Positions 9,468-17,648 of a stretch of 64,000 nt of DNA are shown piece after piece. The notes under the pieces are model-generated. The model worked only from the letters and a program-made list of their open reading frames with translations, did not search any database and had not been told where the DNA came from. This DNA comes from Jatrophihabitans sp. (GTDB lineage: Bacteria > Actinomycetota > Actinomycetes > Mycobacteriales > Jatrophihabitantaceae). The stretch lies in the NCBI RefSeq assembly GCF_036389215.1, contig NZ_DASVQG010000144.1:4300-68299 (forward strand). Direction: 5' to 3'. Positions within the stretch are counted from its first letter, which is position 1, and the number at the start of each line of letters is the position of its first letter. Made by a program: the position numbers and the translations under genes.

Positions 9468-12400
9468 GTGGTTCGGATGCCGACGACGGTCGAGGACAGC
9501 GGCTGGGCGACCCTGCACGAACTCGCCCAGGAGCCGGTAACCGGGCCCGTCTGGCTCGACGGTGACGCCGGTGCGTATCTCGTGTCCGGCGGACCGGCGG
9601 ACCTGTTCGCGGTTCGGCGTACTCGACCGGGTGTGCGTGCGCGCCGGCACTTCGTGGCTCGGGTGCCGGAGTTCAGCGTCGTTCCCGCTACCCGGAGCAT
9701 CGGGTCGTGGCGACTGGAACTGGTCGGGTTGCCGGAAACCGAGGTGCGAGCCTGCGCGCGATCACCGGTAGCGGAGTCCGAAGCCGCCGTCGCCGCCGCG
9801 CTGACCCAGCCGGACCCGCCACGTGAGCTGACGGCGCTGCAGCAGGCGGTGGTGACCGGGCTGGATCACGCGCTACTGGCGATCGCGGACTCCGTTCGGG
9901 ACGGCCAAGCCCCGCGGAACTCGATCGCGCTGCAGCCGCGGCAGATATTGTCCGTGAGTGCTGGCAGCGCGATAACCGGAAACGCCCGGGTGTGGTGGGT
10001 CCGGGCGATCGGCGGGGTGCTCACCCGCAACGAGGGCGCCGCGGCAGAGACCGTGGCCGACGGAGAACTCACCCTGTTCGCCGGCCGCGACTGGCTGGTG
10101 GCAGGTTCGGACTGCACCGTCGAGGCGGTCTCCACCGCCGACCTGCTGAGCAGCGGTCAACTGGGCGTGTCGCTCGAGCACTTCGGTGCCGCCCTGCTCA
10201 CCACGGTGGCGGCGCGGGCGGGACGGGAAAGGTCCCGCAACGAGGCAGCCCTGGCCGCCCGTAAGCGGGCGGACGCCGCTGCCGTTGCCGGAGCTGCCCG
10301 TTCAGCGGTGGGCGTGCTCGGCGCCCGGCTCCACCGGATCGAGCCCGATCACGATGCCAGGCAGCGGCTCGACCTCTACCGTTACGCACGCGCGGTGCTG
10401 ACGATCGTCACCGAGCGAGGTCCCGTCCGGGTGAGATTGACCGAGCCGCCGGACCGGCGCAATCGGGCGACGACGCACCCGGACGCGATTCGAGCGATCT
10501 GCCTCAGCTCCGGCTTGCACATCCGCGAGGTGAAGTTGCCTCCGCGATGGTGGCGAGAAGACCTCGGCCCGCTGATCGGATGGCGCCGACACGGCGCCGA
10601 CACCCCCGTTCGCGCGGTCGCACTGGTGTTCAAGCACGGCAGCTATGTCGAGGTGGATCCCGAGACCCGCAGCTCACGGCGGATAGAACAAGGGCCTGCC
10701 GCCGAGTTCGAAGGCACAGCCACCCAGGTGCAGGTGCCACTTCCGATCGGATCGACGTTGCGCCAGGCCCTGACCCATGGCCTGGCCGGCAGCCGGGCCG
10801 ACATACGGGGCACCGTGGTAGCCGGGCTGATCACAGCAACGCTGGGTCTGGCAACGCCGGTGATCAGCGGAATCCTGCTCGGGGACCTCGCTCAGAACGG
10901 TTCGGTGCGTGGCCTTCGCACATTCCTTCCCTTGCTGTTGTGCTCCGCCTTCATCTCCGCTGGTGCCCTCATCGTGCAGAACCTGCACGTCCTGCGGCTG
11001 GAAGGACGCGCTGAGGCCGGCACCCAACTCGCGCTGTGGGACCGCATCATGCGACTGCCCGTGCGATTCTTCCGTTCGATGACCAGCGGTGAACTGGCCA
11101 ATGCCGTCCTCGGCATCTCCTTCGTCCGGGAATCGATCAGCGGGATCTTCGTGCCGTGCGTGGGAGCATCCTTCGCGATCCTCGGCGACCTCACGCTGAT
11201 CTTCGTCGTTGCCCCGATCCTCGGATTCTTCGCCCTGGGACTGATCGCGGCCTGTGCCGCGCTGGTAGCGGTACTCGGGCGGCTCGTCATCAGGCGGGCG
11301 CGGTCGGCGTTGCCGCAGGAGCACCATGCGACTGCCCTGACCAACCAACTTCTCGGCGGCATCACCAAGATCAAGCTGGCCGCGGCCGAGGACCGGGCAT
11401 TCGCCCAGTGGTCTGAAGCGCATACCGGCGCGCGCGGCATCCTGCTGCCGGTGCGGCGGGTACAGGCGATCGTGCTGGCTTGGACCGCGGTGCTGCCGAT
11501 CCTGGGCCAATTGCTGTTCTTCCTCACGCTGGCCGGCCCCCTCGAGCACAGGGTGAGCATCAGCAACTTCTTCGTGGTCAACGTGGCGTTCTCGCTGCTG
11601 CTCGGCGCGATGCTGGTTCTGGTTGCGGCGAGCATCGAGATCGTCGCGGTGGTCCCGCGACTGGAGATCCTGCAACCCATAATCTCGGCGGAGTCCGAGC
11701 AGCGCAGTGATCTCATCTCCCCCGGGGATCTCAGCGGTGACATCACGCTGGCAAGCGTCTCCTTCGGCTACCTGCCGGACGATCCGCCGGTCATCGAGGA
11801 CGTGTCACTGCACATCCGTCCCGGCGCATTCGTCGCCATCGTCGGGCCCAGCGGATGCGGCAAGTCGACCCTTCTCCGCCTGCTCCTCGGATTCGACGCG
11901 CCACGCTCGGGCTCGGTTCACTACGACGATCAGGACCTGGAGGAGTTGGACGTCCAAGCCGTGCGGCGGCAGTGCGGCGTGGTGCTGCAGGACGGCCAAC
12001 TGTTCGCGGGCAGCCTTCGCGAGAACATTTCCGGTGCCGGCAATTTCACGCTGGAAGAGGCATGGGAGGCAGCCGCCTTGGCGGGAATCTCGGAGGACAT
12101 AGAAGCCTTCCCGATGGGAATGGCAACCATGGTGCCGGTCGGTGGCGGGACCCTGTCGGTGGGACAGCGGCAACGCGTCCTGATCGCCAGAGCCCTGATA
12201 CACCGGCCGCGCATCCTGTTCTTCGACGAGGCCACCAGCTCGTTGGACAATCGGACCCAGGAGATCGTGACAGCAAGCACGAAGAAGCTGGCCGCGACGA
12301 GAATCGTCATAGCCCATCGGCTGTCTACCATCATCGACGCCGATCAGATCGTGGTGATGGATCATGGCCGCATCGTTCAGACGGGCGATTACCAGAGCCT

Positions 12401-12509
12401 CATGAGTGATCGGGACGGGTTGTTCGCCAAGCTGGCGGTGCGTCAACTGATCGAGCTGCCGGGCAGCTGGTCGGCCGATGGGGAGTTCCGGCCGGATCAG
12501 CCGGCCTGA
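9468..12509 (+). CDS. NHLP bacteriocin export ABC transporter permease/ATPase subunit (no peptidase domain)
   Basis: Long N-terminal extension, TM domain, GPSGCGKST, LSVGQRQR, FFDEATSSLDN. Confidence 0.93.
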   Translation: MVRMPTTVEDSGWATLHELAQEPVTGPVWLDGDAGAYLVSGGPADLFAVRRTRPGVRARRHFVARVPEFSVVPATRSIGSWRLELVGLPETEVRACARSPVAESEAAVAAALTQPDPPRELTALQQAVVTGLDHALLAIADSVRDGQAPRNSIALQPRQILSVSAGSAITGNARVWWVRAIGGVLTRNEGAAAETVADGELTLFAGRDWLVAGSDCTVEAVSTADLLSSGQLGVSLEHFGAALLTTVAARAGRERSRNEAALAARKRADAAAVAGAARSAVGVLGARLHRIEPDHDARQRLDLYRYARAVLTIVTERGPVRVRLTEPPDRRNRATTHPDAIRAICLSSGLHIREVKLPPRWWREDLGPLIGWRRHGADTPVRAVALVFKHGSYVEVDPETRSSRRIEQGPAAEFEGTATQVQVPLPIGSTLRQALTHGLAGSRADIRGTVVAGLITATLGLATPVISGILLGDLAQNGSVRGLRTFLPLLLCSAFISAGALIVQNLHVLRLEGRAEAGTQLALWDRIMRLPVRFFRSMTSGELANAVLGISFVRESISGIFVPCVGASFAILGDLTLIFVVAPILGFFALGLIAACAALVAVLGRLVIRRARSALPQEHHATALTNQLLGGITKIKLAAAEDRAFAQWSEAHTGARGILLPVRRVQAIVLAWTAVLPILGQLLFFLTLAGPLEHRVSISNFFVVNVAFSLLLGAMLVLVAASIEIVAVVPRLEILQPIISAESEQRSDLISPGDLSGDITLASVSFGYLPDDPPVIEDVSLHIRPGAFVAIVGPSGCGKSTLLRLLLGFDAPRSGSVHYDDQDLEELDVQAVRRQCGVVLQDGQLFAGSLRENISGAGNFTLEEAWEAAALAGISEDIEAFPMGMATMVPVGGGTLSVGQRQRVLIARALIHRPRILFFDEATSSLDNRTQEIVTASTKKLAATRIVIAHRLSTIIDADQIVVMDHGRIVQTGDYQSLMSDRDGLFAKLAVRQLIELPGSWSADGEFRPDQPA

Positions 12510-12574
12510 CTCCGAAGGGCGAACTCGACCTGACGGCGCGCTCGACCTGGCGGCGCACGCGACCTCAGGGTGGG

Positions 12575-13336
12575 TCAGCCGACATCGATGGCGGCGGCCG
12601 ACTGGTCCATCGGAAAGCTGACACCTGAGTGCTGCGCTATCAGATCGGGCACCCGCGCCTGCCCGCTGCGTTCCACCGTCGACTGAAATGCCTCGGCGAG
12701 CAGGATGGTGATGCCTTGGGTGAGTGCGGTGGTCTCCCGGTCGAGATCCTCCCAGGAGGTGAAGCTGGCTCCTTCGATCGACGGCAAGGTGGTGACCAGG
12801 CGCAGCCCGACCTCATGTACCAGCTCATCGGCCTGCGTCTGGACGTGGTCCAGGATCTCCACCAGGGCCTGCAGTGCCACGCTGGGGGCTACGCCGGCCC
12901 GGCGCAGGGTGAAAGCTGCGCGGAGCAGGCGCGGGCGCGTGGTACGTACGGTGCCGTCATTTCCTCGGGACAGCACGCCGTGCCGAAGCAGGCCGTTCGT
13001 CAGGGCAGGATGGTCCACCCAGAACCGATCGAGGTTCGCGCTGCAGGTCTCGCCCTGCTCCGAGCCGTCGCGCACGCCGAGAATCGACGCTATCGAGACG
13101 AGATTGAACCCCTGGCGCTGGAGATTCTTGATCGCCTCGATGCGCCTGATGTGTTGTCCGTCGTAATAGGCCACCCGGCCGATGCGAGTGGGTTGGGCAA
13201 GCAGCCCACGCGCCTGGTGTGCGCGGATGTTGCGGGCGGACATGCCTACCCGGTGTGCGAACTCTTCCACCGTGAGCCGAATTCCCGGATCGGACAGCTC
13301 GGGACTGACTCCGGATGGCAGAGGAGCAGTCATCAA
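12575..13336 (-). CDS. MerR-family transcriptional regulator
   Basis: LTVEEFAHRVGMSARNIRAHQARGLLAQPTRIGRVAYY N-terminal HTH; no Cys cluster for metal sensing. Confidence 0.85.
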   Translation of the reverse strand: MMTAPLPSGVSPELSDPGIRLTVEEFAHRVGMSARNIRAHQARGLLAQPTRIGRVAYYDGQHIRRIEAIKNLQRQGFNLVSIASILGVRDGSEQGETCSANLDRFWVDHPALTNGLLRHGVLSRGNDGTVRTTRPRLLRAAFTLRRAGVAPSVALQALVEILDHVQTQADELVHEVGLRLVTTLPSIEGASFTSWEDLDRETTALTQGITILLAEAFQSTVERSGQARVPDLIAQHSGVSFPMDQSAAAIDVG

Positions 13337-13438
13337 ACCTACCTAAACAAATGCGCCTGCTGATCGAGCCGACTACGCAGCGGATTCATCGCGTCGCTGT
13401 CTGCAGCGGCAGACTCTACCGCCGAATCAGTTAAATGC

Positions 13439-13462
13439 ATATACGACTCCTGCTGTCTGTTT
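13439..13462 (+). promoter_or_regulatory. Weak ARE-like site upstream of the RiPP precursor
   Basis: ATATACGACTCCTGCTGTCTGTTT; about 4 mismatches to the AWAC-N10-GTWT-type gamma-butyrolactone receptor consensus as I recall it. Confidence 0.25.
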
Positions 13463-13646
13463 CGTGGGTTCTGACGGTAAGCGGTGACCTTTGCACGGAT
13501 CGAAGCTCGCGCCGGCGAGTGGAGCGGCGGCGGCCGGTGTAATCGGGACCGGTTCCTAGCCAGTGCATCCCTGCACAGCGACGATGGCCAGCAGCAGCTC
13601 GCGGCGGCAGCCACTCGGCTCCGGCGCATCTTCGGAGGAGACCACC

Positions 13647-14012
13647 ATGGAACCCAGCAGCAGGTCCAAATTCGTCACGGCTTACAGCCGCCTGGTCGCA
13701 GATGTGTGGGCCGAGCCGGACAAGGAACGACAATTGGAAGCAGATCCGCGCGGGTTTATCGCCGGGTACGGGTTGGAGGTCCCGGACGGGGTGAAAGTGA
13801 CGTTGCTCCGCGATGTCGGCGATGCCGAACCGGACCTTGACCAGCAGGTCCAGACCTGGCTCCAAGCACCGGAAACCGGGGAACTCATCCTGGTCGTCCC
13901 GGCCCTGGACCCGGTGGCGGAGTCCGAGCTCGACGAGCACGAGCTCGACGCCGTGGTGGCCGGACTGGATCTGAGCTGCGCCTGCTGCTGTCCATGCTGC
14001 TGTACGACCTGA
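13647..14012 (+). CDS. NHLP (nitrile-hydratase-like leader) RiPP precursor; predicted core LDLSCACCCPCCCTT
   Basis: Strong RBS GGAGGAG before ATG 13647; leader with RLVADVWAEP..LEADPRG..GYGLEVP; double-glycine-like motif ELDEHELDAVVAG followed by a 15-aa core containing 7 Cys. Confidence 0.92.
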   Translation: MEPSSRSKFVTAYSRLVADVWAEPDKERQLEADPRGFIAGYGLEVPDGVKVTLLRDVGDAEPDLDQQVQTWLQAPETGELILVVPALDPVAESELDEHELDAVVAGLDLSCACCCPCCCTT

Positions 14013-14053
14013 GGCCACCAGTCCCGGCCCGGCACAGCAACAGCTGAGACAGC

Positions 14054-14096
14054 ACAGCGAGGACAGCAACAGCGAGGACAGCAACAGCGAGGACAG
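14054..14096. repeat. 15-bp tandem repeat (ACAGCGAGGACAGCA) x about 3
   Basis: Read directly; the third copy is incomplete. Confidence 0.9.
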
Positions 14097-14109
14097 AAAT
14101 GGCCAGGAC

Positions 14110-14143
14110 AAAGCAAGAGGCCCGTCGCCTGGGCGAACGGACC
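14110..14143 (-). terminator. Probable intrinsic terminator after tRNA-Asp
   Basis: Imperfect hairpin GGTCCGTTCGCC-CA-GGCGACGGGCC followed by TCTTGCTTT on the minus strand. Confidence 0.55.
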
Positions 14144-14149
14144 TGCTTG

Positions 14150-14223
14150 CGACCCCGACGGGACTCGAACCCGCGACCTCCGCCGTGACAGGGCGGCGCG
14201 CTAACCAACTGCGCTACGGGGCC
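14150..14223 (-). tRNA. tRNA-Asp(GTC)
   Basis: GGCCCCGTAGCGCAGTTGGTTAGCGCGCCGCCCTGTCACGGCGGAGGTCGCGGGTTCGAGTCCCGTCGGGGTCG; cloverleaf, anticodon GTC. Confidence 0.97.
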
Positions 14224-14316
14224 TAGAAGGAACCTCTAGACCTGCGTGCTCACCGGCAACTTTCCGGACGAGCCTGCGAAACCATACTACGTGCAGCACC
14301 GATCGTGCCTGCCGCG

Positions 14317-14389
14317 TACCCCCAACGGGATTCGAACCCGTGCTACCGCCGTGAAAGGGCGGCGTCCTAGGCCACTAGACGATAGGGGC
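14317..14389 (-). tRNA. tRNA-Glu(TTC)
   Basis: GCCCCTATCGTCTAGTGGCCTAGGACGCCGCCCTTTCACGGCGGTAGCACGGGTTCGAATCCCGTTGGGGGTA; anticodon TTC. Confidence 0.97.
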
Positions 14390-14483
14390 TTGCTCGAACA
14401 GCCGTCCCAGTTTAGCGAGGCCGCCAAGCTCGCCCGGCACAGGGCCGCGGAGCCGGTCGTGCCGGTGCCGCGTGCGCACCGGC

Positions 14484-15101
14484 TCAGTGCGGCGCCAGCC
14501 CGGTCAGCACCAGCTGCACCACCGTCTCGGGCAGGTTGACCCGGTCAGCCCGGCCGGGCCGGTACCACTCGGTGAGCGAGTTGATCATGCCGAAGATCAG
14601 CCGGGTGGCGACGGCGGCGTCGAGCCGGGAGTCCACGTCGCCGTCGCGCTGGGCCTGCAATACCAGATTGGCCACCAGCTGGTCGAACTCCCGCCGCCGG
14701 CCCAGCGCGGCCAGCTCGGTGGGGCTGTTGCCCCGCACCCGCAGCAGCAAGGTGACGTAGGGCAGCTCGTCGAGCAGCACCGCGACGGTGCCCCGCAGGA
14801 CATGGGTCAACCGGTCCACGGCCGGCCCGGTGGTCGCCCCGGGCTGGGTCAGCACCGCGAACAGCCCGTCCAGCGCCCGGTCCAGGGCCAGCGCGAGCAG
14901 TTGCTGCTTGCCCTGCACGTGGTGATAGATCGAGGACTTGCTCAGCCCCGCGGCGGCAGCCAGGTCCTCCATCGAGGTGCCCTCGTAGCCACGGCTGGTG
15001 AACACCGTCACCGCCACGTCCAGCAGCGTCTCGGTGGTGTAGGCGGGGCGGTTGCCGCGCATCCGCTGGTGCTTGACCTGCTGGCCGCCCGGTTCCGGCA
15101 T
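14484..15101 (-). CDS. TetR/AcrR-family transcriptional regulator (PaaR-like)
   Basis: FTSRGYEGTSMEDLAAAAGLSKSSIYHHV HTH; C-terminus RLIFGMINSLTEWYRP. Confidence 0.9.
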   Translation of the reverse strand: MPEPGGQQVKHQRMRGNRPAYTTETLLDVAVTVFTSRGYEGTSMEDLAAAAGLSKSSIYHHVQGKQQLLALALDRALDGLFAVLTQPGATTGPAVDRLTHVLRGTVAVLLDELPYVTLLLRVRGNSPTELAALGRRREFDQLVANLVLQAQRDGDVDSRLDAAVATRLIFGMINSLTEWYRPGRADRVNLPETVVQLVLTGLAPH

Positions 15102-15115
15102 CGCACCCGCCGCCC

Positions 15116-17539
15116 TCAGTGCGACTTGGCGTCGGCCGGCAGCAACTCATAACGCGGATTGGCCAGCGCAAGGTGACCCTTGTATTCCCCCACAGTGCCG
15201 GTCACCCGGACCATCGAGCCCGGCTCGATCCCGGGAATCCGGGTGCGGCCGAAGAACAGCAGCCGCATGCCCCCGGTGGAGTCGAAGACCTGGGCCTCCA
15301 GCGACTTGCCGGCCGTGGTGCCCACCTGCACGATCTTGATCCGCCCCTCGATGGTGACCCGCTGCTTCCACTTCACCGCCGCGATCGGCAGCACGCCGTT
15401 CTCGTCCGGCTCGGCCGCCAGCTCTGAGCCGGGGTCCGCGTCCTTGCCCGCGGTCACTGCCCGCAGGGGGTGGTCCTCGGCCAGTACCGGTTCGGCGCTC
15501 AGGGCGGGCCGTTCCTTGGCCTTGGCGCGCTGGCGTTCGAGCTCCTGTTCCTGCGCCTCGTTCAGGGTGGTGTCGAAGGGCACGATGGTCGCCGAGACGT
15601 GTGGCAACTTGGCCATGGCGCCGGCGATCCGGTCGGCCGTGCGGTCGTGCAGGATCCGCTGCGAGACCCGCCGGAACGTCCGGCGCGGCAGCAGCACGGT
15701 GACCTCGGCCCGATCGCCCACCACCACGCTCATCGCGGTCTCGGCGACCGCCCGGATCAGCCGGCGGTCGGCGCACTCGACCACTTCGAGCGGAACCCGG
15801 TCACCGAGCCCGCGCTCGATCCAGGACCGCTCCAGGTCCGCGGCCCGGTCCCCGTCGAGGGAGATGTGCACCGCTCGCAGATCGGTCGGGCGCAGGCTGC
15901 CGGCATACCGCAGTCCCCGCACCACGGCCAGATCGAGCCGGTCCACCAGCACCAGCACGACGTGGCGGGGATAGTTCGGCAGCGACGCCCCCTTGCCCAG
16001 CGCGTTCGTCACCAGGTTCAACGCACGCGCCTCGTCACGGTACTGCTGGTTCAACCGCATCAGGACCAGCCACATGATCGGCGCCAGCACCAGTACCAGC
16101 CAGGCGCCCTCGGTGAACTTCACCACCGCCGTGATCAGCACGATGGTCAGGGACAGCCCACCGCCGGAGGCGTTGATCCACCACTTGTGCTGCCAGCCCG
16201 GTTCCTTGTGGATGGTGTGGTATTTCGCCATTCCGAAGCCGGCCAGCGTGAAGCCGGTGAACACCCCGAGCGAGTAGAACGGCACCAGCTTGTCGACGTT
16301 GGCCTTGCCCGCCACCAGCAGCGCGATCGACAGCAGGGTCAGGATGAAGATGCCGTTGCTGAAGGCCAGCCGGTGGCCGCGCCGGGTCAGTTGCCGCGGC
16401 AGGAACGAGTCCTCGGCGACGAAGTTGGCCAGGAACGGAAAGCCGGTGAACGGAGTGTTGGCACCGGTGATGAGGATCAGGGCGGTCGCGATCTGCACGA
16501 CGACGAATCCGGTGTCGCCGAGCCCTCCGTTGCCGAAGGCGGCCCGGGCGACCTGGGAGATGACGGTCGGGCTGCCGCCTTCGAACGGGGCGGCGTGGGT
16601 CTCCATCGACAGCCAGCCGACGCCGCACACCAGGAATGCCAGCATCGCCGACATGATCCCCAGGGTTCGGCGGGCATTCGGCCCGGCCGGGGACTTGAAG
16701 GCGCTGACCCCGTCCGAGATCGCCTCCAGGCCGGTCAGCGACGCACCACCGTTGGCGAAGGCCTTGAGCAGGTAGAAGATCGCCAGCGAGGAGAAGATGG
16801 CGTGCCCCTGGTCGTGGATCGGGAGCTGGTTCTCGCCACCGATCACCCGGTCGGTGCCGTACTTCGGCAGCTCACCGAGCAGCTCGCGGACCACGCCGAT
16901 GACGATGACGATCGTCACCGAAGTGAAGAAGAAGTAGGTCGGGAACGCGAAGGCCTTGCCTGCCTCCCGGATACCGCGCAGGTTGCCGTAGGCCAGCAGC
17001 AGGATGACCACGATGCACAGCTCGACCTTGTACTGGCTCAGCTCGTGCACGGTGGAGGTGATCGCGGCCACCGCGGCGGCGACCTGCACCGCCACCGTCA
17101 CGATGTAGTCGATCAGCAGGGCGACCGCGGCGATCTGGGCAGTCTTGTACCCGAAGTTCTCCCGGCAGACGACGTAGCTGCCGCCGGCCCGGGTGTAGAC
17201 CATGACGACCTCGCGGTAGGAGAGCGTCATCAGGGTCAGGATGATCAGGATGACCGCCGTCATCGGCGCCAGGATGTGGAAGCCGGCCAGCCCGAACACC
17301 CCGAGCAGGACGATCAGCATCTCTTCGGTGCCGTAGGCGGAGGATGAGATGCAGTCCGAGGACAACACCCCGAGCGCCGTCTTCTTCGACAGCTTCTCCT
17401 CGTGCAACTGCGAGGACACCAGCGGCGGCCCGAGCAGCACCCGCTTGACCCGGTAACCCAGCCGCTCCGGAACCGAGACGCTGGCGGCAAGGGCCGGCGC
17501 CGCAGCCTGATCGGTCCGAGTGGACGGGACATGGGTCAT
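15116..17539 (-). CDS. APC-family permease (KimA/YdaO-like) fused to a C-terminal OB-fold domain
   Basis: LSSDCISSSAYGTEE, GGSYVV..ENFG, ALLIDYIVTVAV, GLEAISDGV motifs; C-terminal RVTIEGRIK...DSTGGMRLLFFGRTRIPGIEPG..VRVTG OB-fold. Confidence 0.9.
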   Translation of the reverse strand: MTHVPSTRTDQAAAPALAASVSVPERLGYRVKRVLLGPPLVSSQLHEEKLSKKTALGVLSSDCISSSAYGTEEMLIVLLGVFGLAGFHILAPMTAVILIILTLMTLSYREVVMVYTRAGGSYVVCRENFGYKTAQIAAVALLIDYIVTVAVQVAAAVAAITSTVHELSQYKVELCIVVILLLAYGNLRGIREAGKAFAFPTYFFFTSVTIVIVIGVVRELLGELPKYGTDRVIGGENQLPIHDQGHAIFSSLAIFYLLKAFANGGASLTGLEAISDGVSAFKSPAGPNARRTLGIMSAMLAFLVCGVGWLSMETHAAPFEGGSPTVISQVARAAFGNGGLGDTGFVVVQIATALILITGANTPFTGFPFLANFVAEDSFLPRQLTRRGHRLAFSNGIFILTLLSIALLVAGKANVDKLVPFYSLGVFTGFTLAGFGMAKYHTIHKEPGWQHKWWINASGGGLSLTIVLITAVVKFTEGAWLVLVLAPIMWLVLMRLNQQYRDEARALNLVTNALGKGASLPNYPRHVVLVLVDRLDLAVVRGLRYAGSLRPTDLRAVHISLDGDRAADLERSWIERGLGDRVPLEVVECADRRLIRAVAETAMSVVVGDRAEVTVLLPRRTFRRVSQRILHDRTADRIAGAMAKLPHVSATIVPFDTTLNEAQEQELERQRAKAKERPALSAEPVLAEDHPLRAVTAGKDADPGSELAAEPDENGVLPIAAVKWKQRVTIEGRIKIVQVGTTAGKSLEAQVFDSTGGMRLLFFGRTRIPGIEPGSMVRVTGTVGEYKGHLALANPRYELLPADAKSH

Positions 17540-17576
17540 GGCCAGAAGGCTACGACGTCCTGTATGTGGGCGTGCC

Positions 17577-17637
17577 TCCAGGCGCGCGGAGTGCGCTTAG
17601 CCCGTCCAGGCGCGCGGAGTGCGCCCAGCCCGTCCAG
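17577..17637. repeat. 28-bp tandem repeat x2 in the intergenic region
   Basis: TCCAGGCGCGCGGAGTGCGCTTAGCCCG / TCCAGGCGCGCGGAGTGCGCCCAGCCCG / TCCAG. Confidence 0.85.
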
Positions 17638-17648
17638 AAGCGGGACGA

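Noticed and set aside
14010-14012. Selenocysteine read-through of the precursor TGA
   Set aside because: Read-through gives low-complexity sequence (QRGQQQRG); no SECIS-like hairpin or sel genes seen.
13682-14116. Antisense ORF beginning MLCPGHFCPRCCCPRCCCPRC as a second precursor
   Set aside because: The Cys runs come from the 15-bp repeat, there is no leader or RBS, and the rest is antisense to the real precursor. Kept only as a repeat observation.
15470-17347. 625-aa plus-strand ORF
   Set aside because: Antisense shadow of the APC permease.
17540-17648. c-di-AMP (ydaO) riboswitch upstream of the KimA-like transporter
   Set aside because: The region is only about 110 bp, mostly a 28-bp duplication, and I could not see the riboswitch's conserved elements.
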